Assembly (NCBI GenBank): GCA_051117555.1
Contig: JBNPEG010000021.1
Coordinates: forward strand, 73,109 to 137,108
Direction: 5' to 3'
DNA length: 64,000 nucleotides
DNA from: Elainellaceae cyanobacterium
GTDB lineage: Bacteria > Cyanobacteriota > Cyanobacteriia > CAZCXK01
Position 1 is the stretch's first letter, and every line of letters starts with the position of its first letter. The position numbers were made by a program, and so were the translations under genes. Under the pieces are notes generated by a model. That model was not told the DNA's origin and searched no databases. It saw nothing but the letters and a program-made list of their open reading frames with translations. This document shows, piece by piece, positions 42,371 through 52,001 of the stretch.

Positions 42371-43582
42371 ATGCCAAATCAGCAGACAATTGACTCCAAA
42401 ATTGCTCACGTGAACCAGCGATTGAAGATTGCCCAACTCGGTCTACAAGTTGAACGACGCGGGCAAAAATTGAGTCTCCGGGGCACCCTCCCGCCTCGTC
42501 CTGCTAGCCATCGTTTGCACCCCTATCAACAACGAATTAGCCTGGGTCTGCCTGCAACTCTTCCGGGATTAAAGCAGGCAGAACAACAGGCAAAAGTAAT
42601 TGCGGCTCATCTCATCCAAAATACGTTTGACTGGCGAGACTATTCTCCCGTTCAAGATGGTGGAAGGCTCTATCAAATGGACTTGTCACAAAAACTTCAA
42701 GCCTTTGAAGATTCATTTCTCAGAAGGTCTGATCGGACTCCTCTTGCAGCATCCGCGAAAACTACATGGGAAACAGCATATGCACCCTATTTTCGCAAGC
42801 TCGTGGCGATCGCCCATTCTAGTCCTCGCCTCAGTCTCGTCGAAGCAATTTATCAGACCATTCAAACAACCTCCCCCAATTCTCGAAGTCGTCAAGTCTG
42901 TTGTACGGCTCTCAATGCTTTTGCCCAGTTTCTTAATCTCGAACTTCCCTATGAGTTACGAGAATTCTGGGGGCACTACAGCCCACGTGATGCAAAAGCA
43001 CGAGTGTTACCGTCTGATGAGGACATTCTTACAGCCTATGAGCAAATTCCTAATGCTGCCTGGAGATTTGTCTATGGGGTTATGGCAACGTACGGACTCA
43101 GAAATCATGAAGTCTTTTTCTGCGACTATGCGGCGTTAAAACACAATCGTGAGCCCGCCATTATCGAGGTGCTCGACACCACCAAAACGGGCAACCACGA
43201 AGTTTGGCCCTTCTATCCCGAATGGGTGGATCGATTTCAATTACGAGACATCAATCTTCCCAACATTAATACCAATCTTAATCACACAACTCTGCAACGA
43301 GTTGGACAGCAAGTTAGTTGTCAATTCCGTCGATATCGTCTTCCGTTTTCACCGTATGATTTGCGCCACGCTTGGGCAGTTCGCACGATCCATTTCGGCA
43401 TCCCCGATACGGTCGCCGCTCGCATGATGGGACATTCAGTCACTATTCATACCCGTACCTATCATCGTTGGCTGACCCATCGCGACCAGCAACACGCTGT
43501 TGAAGCAGCCCTGAGTCGCAGAGCGCAAGCCGCTGCCCCGCTCCCTTCCTCTATAACCAACCCCATCACTCCCGATTATTAA
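42371..43582 (+). CDS. Tyrosine recombinase (site-specific integrase family)
   Basis: Catalytic residues in GLRNHE (R), TKTG (K), LRHAWAVR (HxxxxR variant), MMGHS (H) and HTRTY (Y); N-terminal LSLRGTLPP arm-like domain. Confidence 0.9.
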   Translation: MPNQQTIDSKIAHVNQRLKIAQLGLQVERRGQKLSLRGTLPPRPASHRLHPYQQRISLGLPATLPGLKQAEQQAKVIAAHLIQNTFDWRDYSPVQDGGRLYQMDLSQKLQAFEDSFLRRSDRTPLAASAKTTWETAYAPYFRKLVAIAHSSPRLSLVEAIYQTIQTTSPNSRSRQVCCTALNAFAQFLNLELPYELREFWGHYSPRDAKARVLPSDEDILTAYEQIPNAAWRFVYGVMATYGLRNHEVFFCDYAALKHNREPAIIEVLDTTKTGNHEVWPFYPEWVDRFQLRDINLPNINTNLNHTTLQRVGQQVSCQFRRYRLPFSPYDLRHAWAVRTIHFGIPDTVAARMMGHSVTIHTRTYHRWLTHRDQQHAVEAALSRRAQAAAPLPSSITNPITPDY

Positions 43583-43613
43583 AGGAATGATTCAAACTGG
43601 ATAAGTACAGACG

Positions 43614-43801
43614 ACACCCATCTGTGTGAGTTCTATAGCTCTACAGGTCTAGATTTGCGTCTGAATTTCCCCGCGGCTTGGGGATTCCATATACGTCTAA
43701 TGTCCTCACGCGAGAGCGTCAGGCTATATGGGTCAGCCAACCGGAGATGCGAGGCTCTGAGCCAGACGTATAAGAGCTACATCGAGCTATTTTGCTGTGT
43801 T
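43614..43801 (+). ncRNA. ssaA: Probable 6S RNA (SsaA)
   Basis: About 185 nt. Closing stems AGTTC/GAGCT and TAGCTCT/AGAGCTA; apical CATATA...ACGC-GAGA-GCGT...TATATG; side hairpins in the central bubble. The 3' segment TGAGCC...AAGAGCTACA resembles the TGAACC...AAGGGTTACA region of E. coli 6S. Ends are approximate. Confidence 0.7.
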
Positions 43802-44206
43802 CTGCCGCTTCACCTCGTAGGTATAAAAACGCTGAAATACGCCAACCGTTTTGAATTGATAGGCTGGCAGGGAGCCATCTAGCCAGTCTATGGATAAAAG
43901 TTGGTCGACGGCTAAATCCGTCTCATAGATGCTGAGAACCCAGTAATTTTGTCTCTCTGTGTTCTCAGAAATCAGTTCTCTAATTTGAGCTTGGTTGTCG
44001 TCTATCAAAGAAACACAAGCATTTTCGAGGACATTACCGAAAATACTGGGTGCTTGGGTGCAAACGTTTGACCTTAAGTATGCGTCAAAGCGAGCGATCG
44101 CATAGTCGTCATAGGCAGTCTTATCAGGATTGGTCAGCCCCATCGCCACCCCCACTCCAACAAACGCCATGCCAAATAGATATGCGCCAATTCTGAATGG
44201 TTTCAT
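43787..44206 (-). CDS. DUF4359-like protein
   Basis: TM segment plus TNP...YDDYA, two Cys, TERQNYWVLSIYETDL, FKTVGVFQRF. Confidence 0.78.
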   Translation of the reverse strand: MKPFRIGAYLFGMAFVGVGVAMGLTNPDKTAYDDYAIARFDAYLRSNVCTQAPSIFGNVLENACVSLIDDNQAQIRELISENTERQNYWVLSIYETDLAVDQLLSIDWLDGSLPAYQFKTVGVFQRFYTYEVKRQNTAK

Positions 44207-44298
44207 TACTCATCTCGCTGGTATCTTAATTATCGTGAAATAATAGGACGTGATAGAGCATCGTTACTAACTCCTTGTGCTATATTGGGAAACGCCAT

Positions 44299-44372
44299 GG
44301 CGAGCGTAGCCAAGAGGTTAAGGCAGTGGATTGTGGTTCCACCATTCGCGGGTTCGAGTCCCGTCGTTCGCC
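44299..44372 (+). tRNA. trnH: tRNA-His(GUG), with encoded G-1
   Basis: G-GCGAGCG/CGTTCGC-C acceptor; anticodon loop TTGTGGT; T arm GGTTCGAGTCC. Confidence 0.96.
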
Positions 44373-44581
44373 CTGAATCAGCCTCAGCCATTTGCTGAAT
44401 GGTTCACACCCCCAGCTTCATTGATATCCTCTTATGAGCATTGGGTTCTTGCAATCAAGAGGATACGCACGAAGCATCCCGGTCAGCGTGCACTCACGAA
44501 AATGTCAACCGGGTCCACCAGCAAACTGGATCTAATCAATTGAATTGAGTTATAGTTATAAATTGTGAGTTTTTTCAGATT

Positions 44582-44944
44582 ATGAACGCTCAAGAGGTTA
44601 TTCGCTCAATCGAATCAGAGCAACTTAAATCAGACTTGCCGATCATCCATGTCGGCGATACGATTCGTGTTGGCGTTCGGATCCGTGAGGGTGGGAAAGA
44701 GCGCGTCCAGCCCTACGAAGGGACTGTTATCGCGATGCGTAACGGCGGCATCAACGAAACTATAACAGTTCGTCGAATCTTTCAAGGGATAGGCGTAGAA
44801 AGAGTTTTCTTACTGCATTCTCCTCGAGTTGCAAATATTAAAATTTTGCGTCGCGGTAGAGCACGGCGGGCAAAACTATACTACCTACGCAATCGTGTAG
44901 GAAAGGCAACCCGATTGAAGCAGAGATTCGATCGCGCTCTATAA
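44582..44944 (+). CDS. rplS: 50S ribosomal protein L19
   Basis: GDTIRV...[12 protein letters not shown]...RRAKLYYLR. Confidence 0.98.
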   Translation: MNAQEVIRSIESEQLKSDLPIIHVGDTIRVGVRIREGGKERVQPYEGTVIAMRNGGINETITVRRIFQGIGVERVFLLHSPRVANIKILRRGRARRAKLYYLRNRVGKATRLKQRFDRAL

Positions 44945-45082
44945 TCGCGCTCTGTAGAAGCTATGATCTAGACGAACGATGGTTTAGACAGTCTATTGGT
45001 TGCTGGCTGTCCCAGCGATAAAATCAATAAACTGCTAAACTAAATTGGTGAATTGGGGCAAAGTCGTCCTGTTTAGAATTGT

Positions 45083-45155
45083 GCGCTCTTAGTTCAGTTG
45101 GTAGAACGCAGGTCTCCAAAACCTGATGTCGGGGGTTCGAGTCCTCCAGGGCGCG
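45083..45155 (+). tRNA. trnW: tRNA-Trp(CCA)
   Basis: GCGCTCT/AGGGCGC acceptor; CAGGT-CTCCAAA-ACCTG anticodon arm; lies upstream of secE. Confidence 0.97.
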
Positions 45156-45354
45156 CTGCCAGAGTTTAGGGTGTGAGCGATCGTTTTCCAGCTCACGATG
45201 TGAAAGGGGCAACTGCTGTCTTGCCAAACAGCCCATGTTAGGTAGACTAGTCTAGTTGAGTCGTTTCATTGGATTACATGGGCGATCGCTCGTATATCAT
45301 TTAGAGTTACCTATTCGGCTAATTATTTAGTGTGCCAGGGATAGAGGGGAGAAC

Positions 45355-45582
45355 GTGTCAAAGAAAAGCGAGGCAAACGTTCAAGATACTAAGAAGTCTG
45401 AATTTAATGCCGTTGAATTTTTGCGCGGTACCAAAGAAGAGCTAGATAAAGTTGTTTGGCCTAGTCGTCAGCAACTGATCAGCGAGTCCTTGGCAGTGAT
45501 CTTGATGGTAGCGCTCTCTGCTAGCATCATCTATTTGGCCGACCAGTTGTTCAGTTTTGGTGCAGATCAGGTATTTCGATGA
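45355..45582 (+). CDS. secE: Preprotein translocase subunit SecE
   Basis: EELDKVVWPSR plus one TM helix; overlaps the nusG start. Confidence 0.95.
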   Translation: MSKKSEANVQDTKKSEFNAVEFLRGTKEELDKVVWPSRQQLISESLAVILMVALSASIIYLADQLFSFGADQVFR

Positions 45583-46223
45583 CTTTTGCGTCAGACGAGC
45601 AAGATAACAGTTTTTCCATTCACGACGAAGATGACGGCGATAGCGGTTCTGTCGCCCGTTCGGCTGCCCGTTGGTATGCCGTACAGGTTGCTTCGGGATG
45701 TGAGAAAAGAGTCAAGATGAACTTGGAGCAGCGCATCGAAACCCTTGATGTCGCGAATCGCATCCTGCAGATTGAAATTCCTCAAACTCCAGTTCTAAAG
45801 CCTCAAAAAGGAGGAAAGCCCAAAGAGACGACGGAGAAAGTTTTTCCAGGATATGTCCTGATTCGAATGGCGATGGACGATGAAACCTGGCAAGTTGTCA
45901 AAAATACTCCCAACGTCATTAATTTTGTCGGTGCTGAGCAAAAGCGCCGTTATGGTCGTGGGCGAGGTCACGTAAAACCCATGCCGTTGGGGGCATCGGA
46001 AGTCGAGCGTATCTTCAAGCAAGCTCAGGAGCAAAAGCCTGTTGTCAAGGTCGATATGGCGGCTGGAGACAAGATACTTGTTCTCTCTGGTCCTTTCAAA
46101 GATTTTGAAGGTGAGGTGATTGAGGTCAGTCCAGAGCGAAGTAAGCTTAAAGCACTACTCTCCATTTTTGGTCGAGATACCCCAGTGGAATTGGAATTTA
46201 ATCAAGTCGAAAAACAAAGTTAA
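45579..46223 (+). CDS. nusG: Transcription factor NusG
   Basis: WYAVQVASGCE, FPGYVL, KOW motif GPFKDFEG, SIFGRDTPVEL. Confidence 0.98.
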   Translation: MTFASDEQDNSFSIHDEDDGDSGSVARSAARWYAVQVASGCEKRVKMNLEQRIETLDVANRILQIEIPQTPVLKPQKGGKPKETTEKVFPGYVLIRMAMDDETWQVVKNTPNVINFVGAEQKRRYGRGRGHVKPMPLGASEVERIFKQAQEQKPVVKVDMAAGDKILVLSGPFKDFEGEVIEVSPERSKLKALLSIFGRDTPVELEFNQVEKQS

Positions 46224-46232
46224 TCAAAGTCA

Positions 46233-46658
46233 ATGGCAAAGAAGGTTGTTTCAGTTATTAAATTAGCTATTTCTGCGGGGAAGGCAAATCCTGCACCTCC
46301 TATTGGTCCTGCTCTAGGTCAGCACGGGGTGAATATCATGATGTTTTGCAAGGAATATAACGCCAGAACCGCAGATCAAGTCGGGTTGGTTATTCCAGTT
46401 GAGATCTCCGTCTATGAAGATCGTAGCTTTACCTTTATTCTCAAAACTCCTCCTGCTTCAGTGTTGATCAAGAAAGCTGCTGGTATTGAGCGGGGCTCAG
46501 GCGAGCCAAATCTCAAAAAAGTGGGTTCAATCACGAAGGCTCAACTTCAGGAAATTGCTCAAACTAAAATGCCTGACATCAATGCAAATGATATTGAGGC
46601 AGCCATGAAGATTGTTGAGGGGACAGCCCGGAATATGGGAGTGACTGTTTCAGACTAG
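46233..46658 (+). CDS. rplK: 50S ribosomal protein L11
   Basis: [26 protein letters not shown]. Confidence 0.99.
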   Translation: MAKKVVSVIKLAISAGKANPAPPIGPALGQHGVNIMMFCKEYNARTADQVGLVIPVEISVYEDRSFTFILKTPPASVLIKKAAGIERGSGEPNLKKVGSITKAQLQEIAQTKMPDINANDIEAAMKIVEGTARNMGVTVSD

Positions 46659-46660
46659 AG

Positions 46661-46674
46661 GGGGCGATCGCCCC
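46661..46674. repeat. Extended HIP1 palindrome GGGGCGATCGCCCC (one example of many HIP1 sites in the window)
   Basis: GCGATCGC recurs throughout, often as GGCGATCGCC (e.g. near 4276, 6800, 9483, 33070, 39811, 54092, 59630). Confidence 0.9.
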
Positions 46675-46720
46675 TCGTCTGTTTCATTACTCATCCGTTT
46701 TTATCGTTGTAAACCACATC

Positions 46721-46752
46721 GGGGGAGAGGCGTCATGCTTCGACAGCACCCC
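46721..46752 (+). promoter_or_regulatory. Putative L1-binding autoregulatory RNA site upstream of rplA
   Basis: GGGGGAG-AGGC-GTCAT-GCTT-CGACAGCACCCC forms an internal-loop hairpin next to the AAGGAG RBS of rplA, resembling L1 target sites. Confidence 0.55.
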
Positions 46753-46766
46753 AAGGAGACAAACCG

Positions 46767-47486
46767 ATGCCTAGAAAACTCTCGCGACGACTCAAAGAGT
46801 TGACTCAGATGGTCGAAGATCGACCCTATGAGCCATTAGAGGCGCTTTCATTACTGAAGCAAACCGCTACAGCCAAGTTTCCAGAATCAGCAGAAACTCA
46901 TATTCGTTTAGGGATCGACCCGAAGTATACAGACCAGCAGCTCAGGACGACCGTTGCATTGCCCAAAGGCACCGGTCAAGTCGTGCGAGTGGCCGTTATT
47001 GCTAGAGGCGAAAAGGTCACTGAAGCAACTGATTCAGGAGCAGATATTTCTGGATCGGAAGAATTGATTGAAGAAATCCAGAAGGGAATGATGGATTTTG
47101 ACGTGCTAGTCGCGACACCTGATATGATGCCTAAGGTGGCGAAACTAGGACGTTTATTGGGTCCTCGCGGATTAATGCCTTCCCCCAAAGGTGGAACCGT
47201 TACCTTCGATCTTGCTCAGGCGATTAACGACTTTAAGGCAGGAAAGCTTGAGTTTCGTGCCGATCGCACCGGGATTGTCCACATCATGTTCGGCAAGGCA
47301 TCATTCTCGGCAGAAGATCTGCTGATTAATCTAAAGGCGCTTCAAGAATGTATCGATCGCAATCGCCCCTCTGGTGCTAAGGGCCGTTATTGGAGAAGTG
47401 TTTACGTTGCAGCGACCATGGGACCCTCCATTGAGGTTGATATCAGTGGTCTTCGTGACCTCAAGATGTCTGAGATCGCTGCGTAA
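46767..47486 (+). CDS. rplA: 50S ribosomal protein L1
   Basis: [28 protein letters not shown]. Confidence 0.99.
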   Translation: MPRKLSRRLKELTQMVEDRPYEPLEALSLLKQTATAKFPESAETHIRLGIDPKYTDQQLRTTVALPKGTGQVVRVAVIARGEKVTEATDSGADISGSEELIEEIQKGMMDFDVLVATPDMMPKVAKLGRLLGPRGLMPSPKGGTVTFDLAQAINDFKAGKLEFRADRTGIVHIMFGKASFSAEDLLINLKALQECIDRNRPSGAKGRYWRSVYVAATMGPSIEVDISGLRDLKMSEIAA

Positions 47487-47579
47487 TACATCTGACAAGA
47501 TTTTTTGTTATGCTCGCAATTCCCAGACGCGAGGCTAGGAGGGTAATCGGAGAGTTTTATTCATCCAGTTGAATAGTGT

Positions 47580-47753
47580 AAGCCGGAGATAGCAGGTGCC
47601 GGAGGCTTAATATCCTGCTGAGGTTTGCGTTCATCCTTTTGACGTCTTCATGTTTGAACAGGGTTGGGACATCTAACCCCCATTGGGGTTATGACCACTC
47701 AAGCATTGGGAAGTAAGGATAGCGTGACCCCGGACTCTAAGTGCGGGGTTTTT
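47580..47753 (+). promoter_or_regulatory. L10 leader (rplJ-rplL autoregulatory RNA) plus downstream terminator-like hairpin
   Basis: AAGCCGGAGATAGCAGG...TTAA.ATCCTGCTGAGGTTT fits the L10-leader pattern; GACCCCG...CGGGGTTTTT hairpin at 47726-47753. Confidence 0.75.
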
Positions 47754-47817
47754 CTCTGGTTTGCTGGAGACAAAACAAGTTTGGTGTAATTCCAATGCTG
47801 AAGGAGGTGAGATAAGG

Positions 47818-48405
47818 ATGGGGAGAACGCTGGAAAACAAGAAGGAAATTGTGGAGGAGCTCAAACATCAGTTGAGTGAATCCCAATTGGCGATCGTGAT
47901 TGATTATAAAGGGCTATCAGTTGCTGAAATCACCGACCTCCGGGTGCGCCTGCGCCCGAGTGGGGCGACCTGTAAGATCACCAAAAACACGCTAATGCGG
48001 ATTGCGGTTGATGGTGATTCGACATGGCAGCCGATGACTCAATTTTTGAGTGAATCCTCTGCATTTCTATTCTTGAAGGATGACTTGGGTGAAGCAATCA
48101 AAGCTTACCAGGGCTTCCAGAAAGATAGAAAAAAGACGACCCTGCGTGGCGGGGTAATGGAAGGTCGGGCACTTAGCGAAGACGAGATCAAAGCTATCAC
48201 CGAATTGCCGTCCAAAGAGCAACTTATTGCTCAAATTGCTGGCGCAATCAATTCCATTCCAACCAAGTTGGCTGTTGGAACCAATGCCGTTCCAACAAAA
48301 CTAGCTATCGGGATCAAGGAAGTTCCTGCTTCGTTGGGGCGTGCCATTCAAGCCGTATCTCAGAAAGAAGAGGGAACAGGTTCAGATGAATCCAAGGCCG
48401 CCTAG
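47818..48405 (+). CDS. rplJ: 50S ribosomal protein L10
   Basis: [44 protein letters not shown] before ATG 47818. Confidence 0.97.
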   Translation: MGRTLENKKEIVEELKHQLSESQLAIVIDYKGLSVAEITDLRVRLRPSGATCKITKNTLMRIAVDGDSTWQPMTQFLSESSAFLFLKDDLGEAIKAYQGFQKDRKKTTLRGGVMEGRALSEDEIKAITELPSKEQLIAQIAGAINSIPTKLAVGTNAVPTKLAIGIKEVPASLGRAIQAVSQKEEGTGSDESKAA

Positions 48406-48485
48406 GATTCGGAGATTGGAGCCTTATCTAAATCCGTTGTTTTGTGTGTTAACCGTTCACGATTTATTGTATTTGGAGAAATAGT

Positions 48486-48893
48486 ATGTCAGCGAAAACC
48501 GATGAAATTTTGGAACAGCTTAAAACATTGACCTTGTTAGAAGCTTCCGAGCTCGTCAAGCAAATTGAAGAGGCTTTTGGTGTTGATGCATCCGCGCCTG
48601 CTGGCGGAGGCATGATGATGATGGCTCCCGGAATGGCTGGCGGAGGCGCTGCTGCACCGGCTGAGGAAGTTGAAGAGCAGACTGAGTTTGATGTCGTTCT
48701 TGAAGAGGTTCCTGCCGACAAGAAGATTGCCATTCTCAAGGTCGTTCGTGCCCTCACTGGGTTAGGGCTGAAAGAAGCCAAGGATATGGTCGAGTCTGCG
48801 CCTAAAGCTATCAAGGAAGCAGTTGCCAAAGAAGCGGCTGAAGATATGAAAAAACAACTGGAAGATGCAGGCGCGAAAGTGAATGTTAAATAA
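48486..48893 (+). CDS. rplL: 50S ribosomal protein L7/L12
   Basis: [34 protein letters not shown]. Confidence 0.99.
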   Translation: MSAKTDEILEQLKTLTLLEASELVKQIEEAFGVDASAPAGGGMMMMAPGMAGGGAAAPAEEVEEQTEFDVVLEEVPADKKIAILKVVRALTGLGLKEAKDMVESAPKAIKEAVAKEAAEDMKKQLEDAGAKVNVK

Positions 48894-48901
48894 AAATAGA
48901 T

Positions 48902-49025
48902 AACTAGTACAAGACGGCGGAAGTTTCATAACCTTTCATAACCACAGTGTGAGCGTCTCACTCACGCCGTGGGCAAGATGCCTGCTCTCAAATGGTCGGC
49001 TTATTGCTGCCAAACAGTACTAGTT
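48902..49025. repeat. Degenerate MITE/REP-like element
   Basis: 9-bp inverted ends AACTAGTAC...GTACTAGTT; internal GTGAG..CTCAC and GGGCAAGATGCCT hairpins. Confidence 0.55.
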
Positions 49026-49237
49026 TAGTTTTCCAGATTTCCGTAGGAGCCTACATAGGCTCCTTTTTTTTGGGATGGCGAACGTATGAATGCCCTGCTA
49101 GCGCGAAAGCATTTAGATTTTCATGGCGATCGTCCTCGGTCGCGTATTCCTTACTTTGGGGAAGCAACCGAGACGGTATGCTCGCATTGCCAAGGCAAAC
49201 GAACTTCATTACACACAAGAATTTACAATTTCTCGTG

Positions 49238-49783
49238 TCAGGGCTTGATGTTAAGTAATCCCTGCTCCTTCAACTTGGGATCAAATCGAAGTGGAGTTTT
49301 TAATCCTCTATCCTGAAGAATAGCAAGAATTTCTGCTTCGACTCGGCGAGCAATCTTCTTGAGAGTCTTAGCATGATCTGTTTCATTCGTTACGGCTTGA
49401 TAGGCAGCGCGTTCTTCTGCTGTCATCTGAATTTTGATATCAATGGGCTGAGTCCATTGAGTTGCATGACTCAAATTTCCGGATGGAATTAATCCATTTT
49501 CAGCAATCCAAGCATCACGAATAGTCTCTAAAAGCGTCCGATTGGGTTGAGACACTGTTTCAACCTTGATCCAGCAGCACTGATTGGGGCAGCGTACTAG
49601 ATGTTGCTGAAGGCTCATGAAAATATCACGAGAATAGCCAACAAACTGCAAACATTTCTCTTGATCATAAATGGCATAGATGCCTACCTTGCTGGCGAAT
49701 TGTTCGGGCAATTGTCCGTTCGCACTGATATAGGGAAGATAGTCTAGGGCAGCTAGGGTTGATGAGTCGGCAGAGGGGAGCAT
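49238..49783 (-). CDS. GIY-YIG-like domain protein
   Basis: VGIYAIYD...LQFVGYSRD N-terminal motif. Confidence 0.75.
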   Translation of the reverse strand: MLPSADSSTLAALDYLPYISANGQLPEQFASKVGIYAIYDQEKCLQFVGYSRDIFMSLQQHLVRCPNQCCWIKVETVSQPNRTLLETIRDAWIAENGLIPSGNLSHATQWTQPIDIKIQMTAEERAAYQAVTNETDHAKTLKKIARRVEAEILAILQDRGLKTPLRFDPKLKEQGLLNIKP

Positions 49784-49806
49784 GAGTCTCTAGTGGATAA
49801 ATGTGA

Positions 49807-50133
49807 TCAATGTATTTTTTGATAAATGGCGCATAGGCGATTTGGCTTGAAGATTTTCGCCTTGAACATAAAATTGGGAGGCACATTGACGATAGTGTAA
49901 TCGGGAGAATCATGATACTGCTCATATTCAACCGGCATTCCTTTGGTTGCAGTTGCCGTGTAAGGAACGGGTTGAAACAGTAGTTCTGTAAATTCGACGC
50001 GATCGCACCCTAGTTGATTACAAATCTGTTGACAAAATGCCTCGCTTTTTAACAACGCAAACAATGCGGCTTGCGCCTCAGAGTCTAGTTCAAAGCGAGC
50101 GTCAAACTGTTCAACGATTTTCAGTCGAGCCAT
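49807..50133 (-). CDS. Hypothetical protein
   Basis: 108-aa ATG ORF, co-oriented 23 bp upstream of the GIY-YIG gene. Confidence 0.7.
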   Translation of the reverse strand: MARLKIVEQFDARFELDSEAQAALFALLKSEAFCQQICNQLGCDRVEFTELLFQPVPYTATATKGMPVEYEQYHDSPDYTIVNVPPNFMFKAKIFKPNRLCAIYQKIH

Positions 50134-50390
50134 AGTGTGTATTAGAGAACGACATTTTTTGAGCGAAATCGAGTTTTAGCGAAATCGAGCGAGATAAAAC
50201 ACCCCCTTTATTGAAATGTGTCTTTATCCCTCTCTAGATCAGACTATGAGATTCGAGGACACCTGTCATCCGGTGTGAAGGGCTCATCGATTAAGAATTA
50301 TGGAGTGGAAACCATCTCTAGAGGGGTAGAGTGCGATCGCACTTTGATATTAAACTTAACCGTGTATATACCGTGGAGGGTAACGTTACT

Positions 50391-50870
50391 TTGCTAGACG
50401 AACAAGCCAAAAAAACGATGCTGCGAAAAATCCCTCATGGACTGTATGTCTGTGGTGTAAAGGATGGGGATGAGATCAACGGGTTTACAGTCAGTTGGTT
50501 GATGCAGTCATCATTTAAGCCTCCCCTCGTCGTCAATTGCGTGAAAAATGATTCGCGATCGCACGACATGATTAAAACCAGCGGAGTATTCTCTATCAGC
50601 TTTTTAGATGCTGGGCAGAAAGAAATTGCTCAGAAATTCTTTAAGCCCCAACGCCTAGTCGGGAATAAGTTTGAAGATGTAGAATTTCACGTTGGCGAAA
50701 CGGGCTGCCCGATTGTTTCCAACTCGCTGGGATATGTCGAATGCCAGGTTGTCGGGTCTGTGGAGAAGGGAGATCACACCGTCTATGTGGGAGAGGTCAT
50801 TGCTTCGGGTGTGCACCGTGAGGGAGATCCTCTTTTGCTTGAAAACACGGGCTGGCAATACGGTGGCTAG
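50391..50870 (+). CDS. Flavin reductase-like FMN-binding protein
   Basis: LRKIPHGLYV, GFTVSWLMQSSFKPPLV, GDHTVYVGEV; TTG start after a GGAGG RBS. Confidence 0.88.
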   Translation: MLDEQAKKTMLRKIPHGLYVCGVKDGDEINGFTVSWLMQSSFKPPLVVNCVKNDSRSHDMIKTSGVFSISFLDAGQKEIAQKFFKPQRLVGNKFEDVEFHVGETGCPIVSNSLGYVECQVVGSVEKGDHTVYVGEVIASGVHREGDPLLLENTGWQYGG

Positions 50871-50883
50871 CAACTGCTCATCT

Positions 50884-50920
50884 CGTATAGGCTTATCCCG
50901 TATAGGCTTATCCCGTATAG
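50884..50920. repeat. Tandem repeat, ~2.5 x CGTATAGGCTTATCC
   Basis: Exact 15-mers at 50884 and 50899, partial copy at 50914. Confidence 0.85.
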
Positions 50921-50978
50921 ATAGTATGCATTGACTCCGAATCTTCTTGCCGTTACCTATTCTGGATATATAAAGATT

Positions 50979-51332
50979 ATGCCTCTGATTAAAGTTCAAT
51001 CGTCAGTTTCTGCGGCTGACAAATCAGACATAGACACGATGCTCAAACAGTTATCTGCTCGTTTGGCAAGCCATTTGGGTAAGCCCGAATCATACGTGAT
51101 GACTGCCTTTGAACCGGATGTGCCAATGACATTTGGAGGCACTACTGATCCGACGTGTTACATCGAGATCAAGAGCGTTGGCACGATGAGCCCTACTCAA
51201 ACCAAGGCAATGAGCGAAGAGTTTTGTGACGCGATTAATCAAGCGCTTGGAATTGCACCCAACCGGACCTACATCGAGTTTGCAGATGCGAAGGGCTCGA
51301 TGTGGGGTTGGAATGGATCGACGTTTGGGTGA
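50979..51332 (+). CDS. MIF/phenylpyruvate tautomerase family protein
   Basis: Starts M-P-L (catalytic Pro1); LGKPESYVM, MTFGG, RTYIEF, WGWNGSTF. Confidence 0.92.
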   Translation: MPLIKVQSSVSAADKSDIDTMLKQLSARLASHLGKPESYVMTAFEPDVPMTFGGTTDPTCYIEIKSVGTMSPTQTKAMSEEFCDAINQALGIAPNRTYIEFADAKGSMWGWNGSTFG

Positions 51333-51342
51333 TTCAGATCCG

Positions 51343-51996
51343 ATGCTAAACGCGATTTTGTTTGATCTGGATGGGACGCTCGCAAACACCGATCCCATCC
51401 ATTTTCAAATCTGGAAAGATCTACTTCATGAGTATGGTTTAGACATTGACCACGCATTTTATCAGCAGCATATTAGCGGTCGGCTCAATGTTGATATTCT
51501 TCAAGATTTATTGCCCCATTTATCAGCCGATGATGGGCGCACATTTAGCGGTAATAAAGAAGCGGAGTTTCGTCGACGCGCAGCTAGGTCCTTGACTCCG
51601 CTGGCAGGGCTTATGGATTTGCTCAACTGGGTGAGCGATCGCCAACTAAAGCGCGCCGTTGTCACCAATGCGCCCCCGGATAATGCCCACTTTATGCTAC
51701 AAACCCTAAACTTAGACACCGCCTTTCCGGTCGTGGTGCTCGGTGAAGCCGTTGCATCGGGAAAGCCTCACCCAATGCCCTATCAAGAGGCCATGCGCCA
51801 GTTAGACGTAACCCCAGCAGGGTGTCTCGCATTCGAAGATTCGCCATCCGGGATACAATCAGCCGTTGGCGCGGGCATTTTAACGATTGGCGTGGCAACG
51901 ACTCATGATCCCGAGACTCTTGAAAGGGCTGGAGCCACGTTAGTCGTTCACGATTTCACCGATTCGAGATTACACGAGTTGCTGAATTGGAGTTAA
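51343..51996 (+). CDS. HAD-superfamily (IA) phosphatase
   Basis: FDLDGTL, VTNA, GKPHP, FEDSPSG. Confidence 0.92.
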   Translation: MLNAILFDLDGTLANTDPIHFQIWKDLLHEYGLDIDHAFYQQHISGRLNVDILQDLLPHLSADDGRTFSGNKEAEFRRRAARSLTPLAGLMDLLNWVSDRQLKRAVVTNAPPDNAHFMLQTLNLDTAFPVVVLGEAVASGKPHPMPYQEAMRQLDVTPAGCLAFEDSPSGIQSAVGAGILTIGVATTHDPETLERAGATLVVHDFTDSRLHELLNWS

Positions 51997-52001
51997 GCCA
52001 G

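Noticed and set aside
43655..43882. 75-aa ORF, or an IS200/605 end or group II intron fragment
   Set aside because: The region is better explained as 6S RNA; no intron domain V or transposase is present.
38799..44372. Genomic island bounded by tRNA-Arg and tRNA-His with an integrase
   Set aside because: I saw no duplicated tRNA 3' ends, the contents are housekeeping (hemH, PRK-like, 6S), and HIP1 sites are present as elsewhere.
45024..45236. 70-aa minus-strand ORF
   Set aside because: It is the antisense reading of tRNA-Trp.
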